A stretch of DNA of 64,000 nucleotides from Candidatus Aenigmatarchaeota archaeon (GTDB lineage Archaea > Aenigmatarchaeota > Aenigmatarchaeia > JACPZZ01): contig JACPAF010000002.1 in the NCBI GenBank assembly GCA_016180965.1, positions 1,278 to 65,277 of the forward strand, written 5' to 3'. This document shows positions 51,371 to 59,300 of the stretch, one piece after another. Every line of letters starts with the position of its first letter. Within the stretch, counting starts at the first letter, position 1. Under the pieces are notes generated by a model. It had not been told where the DNA came from. It saw only the letters and a list, made by a program, of their open reading frames with translations, and searched no databases. The position numbers and the translations under genes are program-made.

Positions 51371-52009
51371 TTATTCTTTTTTACCCGATTCCGCCTTTGC
51401 CAAATCGGTTATAGAAGCGAGCTGTTCTTTTAATTGTTCTTCGGTTTCGTTGCCGTAGCTTACCATTAATTTATCCAGGTCATGTAATTCGTAGGTTTTA
51501 GATTTGTCACTAATTTTTCCGTTCAGGTAAAATTTTAGTGTTTTGTCGCCTTCATTGCAGTATTTTTTCCCGTCGTCCATTTTGAAGCAGTTTTCGTCTA
51601 TGTCCATGTTAACGGTTTTCAGAAAATCTTCAAACGTCACACCAGTGGCGTGCTTGTGAAGCAACGTCCCGATCCCATTTTCCGCGTGCACGTATTGGGC
51701 TGCCAATTGGTATTTTTGCTGGGCGAAGTTTATGGCATTTCCGTTTATGTATATTTTAAAATCAACGTGTTCGTGCGTAGAGCCGATAGCACCCATCCTT
51801 GGGGATGAGGAGATAGAAGACGCAAACACGTAAACAGCAGCTCCGCCAATAATCAGGATAAGAGCGTAAATAATTAATTTAGTTTTGTCCATTCCAGGTT
51901 TTTTTGTTTTTTCATCTGTTTGTGCGGTGTGTTTAGCTTCTTTATGCTGCTTCAGCGAATTGGAGGAATCGAAAACTTTTTCACAGTCGGCGCATTTATG
52001 TTCTTCCAT
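51371..52009 (-). CDS. membrane-anchored protein with N-terminal C2H2 zinc finger and His-rich ectodomain
   Basis: CADCEKVFDSSNSLKQHKEAKH (C2H2), one TM helix, then THEHVDFKIYING...LHKHATG. Confidence 0.4.
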   Translation of the reverse strand: MEEHKCADCEKVFDSSNSLKQHKEAKHTAQTDEKTKKPGMDKTKLIIYALILIIGGAAVYVFASSISSSPRMGAIGSTHEHVDFKIYINGNAINFAQQKYQLAAQYVHAENGIGTLLHKHATGVTFEDFLKTVNMDIDENCFKMDDGKKYCNEGDKTLKFYLNGKISDKSKTYELHDLDKLMVSYGNETEEQLKEQLASITDLAKAESGKKE

Positions 52010-52071
52010 GGGTTAGAATGTTTTGTATTTTTGGTTTATAAATCCTTCTCGACAACTATCTTTGGTTTGTT

Positions 52072-52374
52072 ATGGTTAAAATTAAGATAGGTTCAATCGG
52101 GGATTTGCGTCCGGGTGAGTCTAAAGTTGTTGAAACTGATTCGGGTATTATAGCATTGTTCAATGTTGAAGGAAAGTTTTTTGCCACACCTAATGCTTGT
52201 TTGCACAAAGGCGGTTCTTTGGGCGACGGTTTTTTAAGCGGTTCAATTGTGACTTGCCCGTTGCATGGCTGGGAGTTTGACGTAACTACGGGTGAGAATT
52301 TAACAAATCCTTCCAGGCCGACGAAAAGTTACAATGTTATAGTCGAAGGCAGTGAGTTGTTTCTGGAGATTTAA
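52072..52374 (+). CDS. Rieske [2Fe-2S] ferredoxin-like protein (NirD-like)
   Basis: CLHKGGSL and CPLHGWEF, which is the C-x-H...C-P-x-H pattern, in a 100-aa protein. Confidence 0.75.
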   Translation: MVKIKIGSIGDLRPGESKVVETDSGIIALFNVEGKFFATPNACLHKGGSLGDGFLSGSIVTCPLHGWEFDVTTGENLTNPSRPTKSYNVIVEGSELFLEI

Positions 52375-52394
52375 CTTAGTTAGACGTTTTTGAA

Positions 52395-52435
52395 AAATAA
52401 GTATACTTATATATACTTAAGGATACTATACTAAG
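52395..52435 (+). promoter_or_regulatory. candidate TA promoter/operator with phased ATACT repeats
   Basis: ATACT occurs at 52403, 52413, 52423 and 52428 (10, 10 and 5 nt spacing), embedded in a TATA-like AT-rich tract directly upstream of the antitoxin ORF. Confidence 0.35.
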
Positions 52436-52441
52436 TAAGTG

Positions 52442-52687
52442 ATGCGTATGGAAGCTACAACAATAAAGATACACAAGAATACCAAGCAGGAGCTGGACAG
52501 GTTTAAGGAGTATGGTAACGAGAGTTACGAAGAGGTTATACAGAAAATTATTTTCATAGCTAAGAATGTGAAAAATCAGCCTGAACTCAGCGAGGAAACT
52601 TTGAATGCTATTGAGAAGGCGAGGGAAAGGATAAAAAAAGGTAACTTTTTAACGGAAGCGGAAGCTAAAAAGAGATTGGGTTTTTAG
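52442..52687 (+). CDS. putative antitoxin (partner of RelE-like toxin)
   Basis: An 81-aa acidic/basic helical ORF ending 1 nt before the toxin start. TIKIHKNTKQELDRFKE resembles antitoxins found with archaeal RelE homologs. Confidence 0.45.
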   Translation: MRMEATTIKIHKNTKQELDRFKEYGNESYEEVIQKIIFIAKNVKNQPELSEETLNAIEKARERIKKGNFLTEAEAKKRLGF

Positions 52688-52688
52688 A

Positions 52689-52946
52689 TTGTACGAAGTC
52701 GTTTTTGACCCAGTTGCAATAGATTTTCTAAATGGACTTGACAAAGGCGTGAGAGAAAGGATATTTAAGAAAATATTGTCCACTAAACCAAACCCATTTC
52801 ATTATTTTGAAAGGCTTGAGGGGAGAAAGGACAGTAAGCTTAGGATAGGCGATTACAGGGTAATAGCTGACATAGACCAAAATACAAGGAAGATTCGGGT
52901 TACGCTGATAGGGCACAGGAAGAATATTTATAAAAATATGGTTTAA
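52689..52946 (+). CDS. relE: RelE/ParE-family toxin
   Basis: 85 aa. The blocks L....RERI.KKI, KLRIGDYRVIADID and I.V..IGHRK.IY are typical of RelE/StbE. TTG start. Confidence 0.6.
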   Translation: MYEVVFDPVAIDFLNGLDKGVRERIFKKILSTKPNPFHYFERLEGRKDSKLRIGDYRVIADIDQNTRKIRVTLIGHRKNIYKNMV

Positions 52947-52979
52947 AAGCTTTTTCTGCATCGAAACCGTTCTAAAATT

Positions 52980-53378
52980 ATGAAAGGCATAACTCCCGTC
53001 ATAGCGTTGGTAATGTTGATGTTGATAACCGTCGGCATCGTTGGAACTGCATTTATCTGGTTTTCCGGTCTGTTGAGAGGTTCTTCGGAGGACGCCATAT
53101 CCATACCTAACGGAGGTGTTTACTGTCTTGGAGCGAACATATACGTTATGGTATTGAATTTGGGGGCGTCTTCTTCGATAACCAACGCGGATATCAAGGT
53201 CTTTAAGGTGGATTCTGCGGATGTTGCAGTCAATATTCCAGGCGGTTCAATGAATCCAGGAGAGGCTAAGAGCATTACCGGGGGTTATCCATGTGGCGGA
53301 ACATGCGCAGGCGCGACCCACAATATTGCTGTCGGAACGGCCACAAACGTGGTTCAAACGCGCGTTACATGCAAATGA
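52980..53378 (+). CDS. archaeal type IV pilin-like protein (short form), copy 3
   Basis: MKGITPVIALVMLMLITVGIVGTAFIWFSG. The same N-terminal module as the two LamG fusions, followed by a beta-domain of about 100 aa ending VTCK. Confidence 0.65.
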   Translation: MKGITPVIALVMLMLITVGIVGTAFIWFSGLLRGSSEDAISIPNGGVYCLGANIYVMVLNLGASSSITNADIKVFKVDSADVAVNIPGGSMNPGEAKSITGGYPCGGTCAGATHNIAVGTATNVVQTRVTCK

Positions 53379-53409
53379 CGCTTAAATCCTTTTTGCCTAA
53401 ATACAGGGT

Positions 53410-55836
53410 ATGAGATTTGCTTTGTTTTTGGGTATCTTACTATCCCTTTTTACTGTTTTTAGTTCGTCAGTTTATGCGGTATCCGACACAGATTATCGTT
53501 GCAGTCTGGATGGAAAAAATGGAAATTTACAAAGATTGACATGTTTCAATGAAACAAATATATCGATACCAAGTGGTGGGATAGTTCCAAGCTGGGTGCA
53601 CGCTTATATCGATATACCCAGTAATTACACCTCCAAAGTTCTGAATTTGTCTGTTCACATTGGTATTTGGCATCAATGTGCCGCTGATGTGTTTGCGGAT
53701 TTAATTTCGCCTAATGGGACTAGAGTGAGACTTAGTAAAGAAACTGTAAGTGGTCTTTGTTCAACCGAACAATTTCCCGGTGGTGAATATACTCCAATAT
53801 GGGTTGACAATGGAACCAGTATGCCATCGCCATGGATAGATGGTGTTACCTTAGGAACAAACGATTTCAATGGAACTTTGGGTTCATTTTTCGGAGATAA
53901 TGTCAGTGGTACTTGGTTATTGAACGTTACCGATCCAAAAGCCAATGGTATTATGGGTAATGTGGATTTTTGGGCGATATCTATAATGACCCTCAACTTA
54001 TCCAACGATACAATCTCCGCTACATATTCCCAAAACATAACAAATGCGGTTGATTATTACAGCCCGACTTCATTAAGTAATTTTTCCGTGTTGTGGTTTG
54101 ACAATTTAAATTCGATAACAACAGCGTATATAGAAAACAATTTCACGGGCGTTTTACAGAATGCGACGATGGTTGGAAACGACTTGGGAAGCAATAATTT
54201 CATTTTCTATTACAACGTTACGTTGCCTGCGGGTTTGTTTAATTACATGTATTACGCTTCGGATTCTGCGGGCAACTGGAACAAAAGCGACGTGTATTAT
54301 GCGGGTGTGAACAGGAGCAATGCGAGTTATGCAATTAACAGCGATATGAAGATACCTGGCAATCCTGTGTCAGTCGTTGTGGGTACAGAGTCCAATATAA
54401 CTGCATTCAAAAATTTACAAGAAGGCAACATTACTATGTTTTTAGATGGAGAATTTATTGGGACTAATTTGACATATGTTACGCATATAGCAACTTTGCC
54501 ATACGGCAACCATATTTATAAATTTGTATACAACCAGACGCAAAATTATTCGTACAATGAATCAGAATTGCAGGTGAATGTGGTTAAAAGAGCTCCCAGA
54601 TTATCTGTGATTAATTTGCCTTCAAATTCACATGTATATGGAACTAACACAAAAACTTACTGCAATATAACAAGCGGGGACGCGTCTGCAAACATCGCTA
54701 TATGGTATAATTCCAGCTTGGTGTCAACCGGCCAGGGAAACCAGAGTTTTTCAAATGTAAATCCAGCCGGAATTTATAATCTTACCTGTAGTTATTCTGA
54801 ATCGCAGAATTTTTCGGGAAAAGTAAGTTATAACAATAATTTGACCGTGCAAAGAGCTTTTCCTATTTTAAATTTAACTTTTGGCGGCGCGGAATCGAAT
54901 TTGACCATATCCAGATGCCAGTTATTGAATGCAACTGCTTGGACAGAAACGATACAGGGCCAGATAAACATTTACAAGCAAAACGTTACCAACATAGTCA
55001 ATCCTGTGAACGGTTCTGGTAACGCGACTTATATGGAGCGTCAATGCGATTCATCTGGTTCCGTTTTAAATTTCACGTCATTTTATCCGGAAAGCCAGAA
55101 TTATTCCGCGAATAACAAAACGTTTTTTGCGTTTATCGATTCAACCAATCCAGCGTATTCAAACAATATCAGCAGCATACAAGATTCCGTTTCCGAAGAC
55201 AATTTCAGTTCCAATTTCACTATAAGCTGGGTTGATAATCTGAATATCAGCATGGCATTTCTGGAAAATAATTTCACAGGCATTTTTGCCAACTCTACTA
55301 TGAACGGGTTTGGCAATTTCAGTTATAAAACATCGGTAATTTCCGGTTTTTACGTCTACCGGTTTTTGGCTAATGATACAACAGATTTGTGGAACTCAAC
55401 CGAATACATAGCGTTTTCAGTTCAGTATACTGCGCCTGTATCTAATCCGCCGCAAAACCGTGGAGGCGGGGGAGGGGGCGGTGTTGGCGGTTCTGTAACC
55501 ACGACGACCACTACAACTACAAGCACAACAACTACAAGCACTACGACAACCACTTTGCCGAAAGTTATAACTGTTGATAAGCCCAGCAATAAGCAGGATT
55601 CCGGCCAGGTTGGAAATAATAACGGCATTGACCAAAACAATAACCAGTCTTCAACTAGTTCCGATATCATTACGGGCGCGGTTGTGAAGAATCCCGGAGC
55701 CGTGGCCGCGTCTTTGGTCGTTCTTGGGGCTGTGGCCGTTAACTATTTCGTAGGCTATGACAGTGTTGTAAAAAGCTCGAAATTAGCCAAGAAGAAGATA
55801 TTGAAGATGCTGCAAAAACTGCTTAGTCGAGGTTAA
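53410..55836 (+). CDS. surface glycoprotein with proprotein-convertase P-domain-like module, Gly/Thr linker and C-terminal membrane anchor
   Basis: Signal peptide, then a P-domain-like block HIGIWHQCAADVFADLISPNGTRVRL...GTWLLNVTD...G.VDFWAISI. N-x-S/T sequons are very dense throughout. GGGGGGVGG plus TTTTTTTTSTTTTSTTTTT lies at 55462-55554. C-terminal TM helix AVAASLVVLGAVAVNYFV. Confidence 0.5.
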   Translation: MRFALFLGILLSLFTVFSSSVYAVSDTDYRCSLDGKNGNLQRLTCFNETNISIPSGGIVPSWVHAYIDIPSNYTSKVLNLSVHIGIWHQCAADVFADLISPNGTRVRLSKETVSGLCSTEQFPGGEYTPIWVDNGTSMPSPWIDGVTLGTNDFNGTLGSFFGDNVSGTWLLNVTDPKANGIMGNVDFWAISIMTLNLSNDTISATYSQNITNAVDYYSPTSLSNFSVLWFDNLNSITTAYIENNFTGVLQNATMVGNDLGSNNFIFYYNVTLPAGLFNYMYYASDSAGNWNKSDVYYAGVNRSNASYAINSDMKIPGNPVSVVVGTESNITAFKNLQEGNITMFLDGEFIGTNLTYVTHIATLPYGNHIYKFVYNQTQNYSYNESELQVNVVKRAPRLSVINLPSNSHVYGTNTKTYCNITSGDASANIAIWYNSSLVSTGQGNQSFSNVNPAGIYNLTCSYSESQNFSGKVSYNNNLTVQRAFPILNLTFGGAESNLTISRCQLLNATAWTETIQGQINIYKQNVTNIVNPVNGSGNATYMERQCDSSGSVLNFTSFYPESQNYSANNKTFFAFIDSTNPAYSNNISSIQDSVSEDNFSSNFTISWVDNLNISMAFLENNFTGIFANSTMNGFGNFSYKTSVISGFYVYRFLANDTTDLWNSTEYIAFSVQYTAPVSNPPQNRGGGGGGGVGGSVTTTTTTTTSTTTTSTTTTTLPKVITVDKPSNKQDSGQVGNNNGIDQNNNQSSTSSDIITGAVVKNPGAVAASLVVLGAVAVNYFVGYDSVVKSSKLAKKKILKMLQKLLSRG

Positions 55837-55875
55837 TTTTATCATTTATATTGCACTTTTCATAAAAATTATTAC

Positions 55876-56328
55876 ATGGAAAGCGGGCGTTACGCTGGTA
55901 AGACTAACAGCGGTTTTCTGTCGAAATATGAGTTTAATTTAAGCCTCTTCGGGCAGATAGTGGTTTTTGTTGTTTTGCTGGGTTTGATAATATTTGGGGC
56001 TATATCCCTGGGAACGGACAAAATTCCTTCTAATAACAGTTCTGTAAACGGCGATTCATTGAAACTTCATCCTATTGAATGTAGGGATTATCAGTCCGAA
56101 ATTGAAAGATGTGAAAATGCGGTTAAGTTAGTTTCAGAAAACTATGAAGGTGAAGTTTTTTCAGTGACAAGAAATCAGACATTTTCCAGAAATCAAACAA
56201 TCAATTTTTGGATAATAGGAATGAGATTCGAACCTCCAACAACTTTGAAGGACGGTGTGAACGCTAGTTTGATAAGGTTCAGAGTTTCTGATTATGGCGA
56301 TTTGGGCATTTACGAGCTGGTCAAATGA
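55876..56328 (+). CDS. small single-pass membrane protein
   Basis: 150 aa with TM helix IVVFVVLLGLIIFGAISL. Its stop overlaps the start of the giant ORF (ATGA at 56325-56328). Confidence 0.45.
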   Translation: MESGRYAGKTNSGFLSKYEFNLSLFGQIVVFVVLLGLIIFGAISLGTDKIPSNNSSVNGDSLKLHPIECRDYQSEIERCENAVKLVSENYEGEVFSVTRNQTFSRNQTINFWIIGMRFEPPTTLKDGVNASLIRFRVSDYGDLGIYELVK

Positions 56329-59300
56329 TCAAAAATTATGGAAAATCTTTGAATTTAATAATATCAGTTTTTGCCATTTTGGGAACTTTGATAAACGTTC
56401 CTTATGCGGGTGCTGATGGGGATCCAACTTGTGACAATGGTCCATCTCTGGGTTCACTGTCACCGGGCGGAAGTGTTTCCGGAGATACCTATGACCCATT
56501 GACCGCGGACGATCCGGACGATTGGTTTTATTTTATAACAGGTGGTTCCGGAAATCAACCGGTAACATTAAAATTGACATCCCCGCCTAGTTCCGATTTT
56601 GATGCGTACATTTATCTTAATACTGAAGGTTGTGCTTCTCATACATCTGTTAGGAGCTGTACACAATCTCCTCCCCCTTCGCCTGAAGTTTGTCCGGCAT
56701 TTACACCAACAGTAAATTCAGTCTACGATGTTAAGATTCATCGCTATAGCGGTTCCGGAGAAGGAACTTTCACTATAAGTATGGCAGCGGCGCCCGCCGG
56801 AGATACAACAGCCCCGTCGGCCGGAAGCATATCGATAAACAGCGGTGATACTTATACTGGTTCAACTTCTGTAACTTTAACGCTTAGCTGCACGGATAAT
56901 GTGGCTTGTACAAGCATGCGGTTCGCTAACAGCGCAGATTGTTCCAGCGCTGCATGGGAGGCGTATTCAACCAGTAAGTCATGGACATTAGTGTCAGGCG
57001 ACGGTTCTAAAACTGTTTGTGCACAGTTCAAGGATGCTGCTGGTAATGCGGGAAGCACATACACGGATACCATAACTTTGGACACGACCAATCCGTCGGG
57101 CAGCATCTTGCCAACTTCGTGTTTGATTAAGTCCGGCGGTTCCTGTACGTTGACTTTGTCCGGCAGTGATATATACAAAGTGGATTGGCTTCGCTTTTAC
57201 GGCGGTGGAATAGATGAATGGGGAGGGAATGCTGCGGACGGCGTTCCCTGCGCGTCAACTTCCTGCTCTAGGACAAGGTCGGTTTCCCCGGCTTCCACAA
57301 CCACATACAATTTGGATGTGTGGGACGGGGCAAGCCATCATGTTACATATTCATCAACAGTCACGGTAGATTCAACAAATCCTTCGATAAGCAGTTTTAC
57401 TTCCACGCCGTCTTCACCGATAACACAGGGAACTTCTATAACATTCACGATAACAGCGAGTGATAATATTGGTTTGTCAAAGTTGCAGGTTTACAACCCC
57501 GATACCGGTGCGCGGGTTGATTCAGCAAGCTGTTCAGCCGCAACGTCATGCACAAAAGCGATAATTATAACACCTTCTTCGACGGGTTCGAAAACTTACA
57601 TTGCATACGCCGTGGATTCCGCGGGCAATGAGTTTACTTATGGCACTACGATTGCCTATACGGTCAACGCTGCTGACACAACCCCTCCATCCATATCCGG
57701 CGGTTCGCCTTCGGGAGTTGTTGATTCTGGAACTATTACAATGTCCGTTACCACGGATGAAAACGCGAATTGCAAATATTCCACGACTGCGGGAACGGCT
57801 TACGATTCGATGGAATCCACATTTTCGACTGGGCAGGGCACGAAGTCGCATTCAACCTCACTGGGCAGTTTAGGATCTGGATTACATAATCGTTATGTGA
57901 GATGCGCGGATACAGCACCCACACCCAATAAAAACATAGCTGATTACACGGTTTCATTTACAGCCAACGACGCTCCGGTAATAGGAACCAAGGAATTGCG
58001 CAGCACGGTTGATTCCAGGGATATTTTACTTAACCCAGACATAGCTTCCGGAAATTCGTTAAATGTTTATATTAGTGCGACCGACGACCGCGGCATTGAT
58101 TATATCCAATACATTGACCAGTCTGGAAGCCCAAGTGAATCATTGAGCTGTGTAAGCGGAGGTGTTTATCCGACCTCTTGCACGAAAACTTTCGCTACTA
58201 TTACGCCTACAACGGCAAGCCACAGTTACAGTGTTATCGTACGTGATAAGGATGGACGCAACGCTTTAGCAACAATCGGCCCCATAAATGTTGTGAATTC
58301 GTGCGCGAACTGGGTTTGCCCTGCATTATCTTCTGGAGATACTACATCGGGTCTGCCTTCGATATCGGATGCCCAATATGTAAACTATATGAATTGTGCG
58401 AGTACATGTACATGCCCTGCCGGAAAATACATACAAGTTACAGAATCGGGCAGTACGGAAACTAACCGTGATTTCTTTTCATTGGGCGGCGCGTGTGCGG
58501 GTGTTTACGATCCTGTTTCCGGATCATTTGGTCCATTACTTTTCAACTCCTGCGGGACACAAAGTGCAGACCTCAAATTTATCAGCGATTACAGTGTACA
58601 TTCCGGAAGTTTGAGCACTACAAAAATCAGTTGCGTTTCCCCGCCTGTGAGAAGCAGTTTAAGCCCGTCTCCGGGCTCGTATGTGGGTTCTCAATCCCAA
58701 ACTTTGTCCCTGACTACGGACAAAGCTGCAACTTGCAGATATTCTACGAGTTCGGGCGTTGATTATGATTCGATGACAAATACATTTAGCGGCGGCGGCA
58801 CAATTTCCCATTCGATTGGCGTGAATACAGGAGCTGATGGCACCTTCCATTATTATCTCAGATGCAAGGATACGGCTGGAATAAAAAATCTCGATGATTC
58901 GGATTTGTGGTTTGTCGTTGACACATCGGTTCCTGCCACTACAGACGATGTCAGTGCCGGATGGTACCAGGGCGATGCTACGATTACTATAACTTGCACA
59001 GATGCCGGATCATTATGCTGGCAAATATTTACATGTAAACCCGGAATCGGCTGTACGCCTGCTCTAAAAGCTGACGGATTGGCGGCGTCTCCTGCATCAA
59101 CGACAGAAACTTTAACGACTACGGGCGATGTTGTAAGATATTATTCTAAAAACAATGCACAGCTTGTAGAATCCACAAAAACTTCTTCGGCGGTTAAAAT
59201 AGACAAAATCAAACCCACTTCAACGTGGCACGCTGACACACCAGCTGACGGGTCGTGGGTCAACAAAAACGGGTTTACAATAAAAGTTGTTGACGCAGAC

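Noticed and set aside
55417-55670. Minus-strand ORFs encoding poly-Val and poly-Pro runs.
   Set aside because: They are the reverse complement of the Thr (ACN) and Gly (GGN) homopolymer codon tracts of the 808-aa surface protein. They are an artefact of low-complexity sequence.
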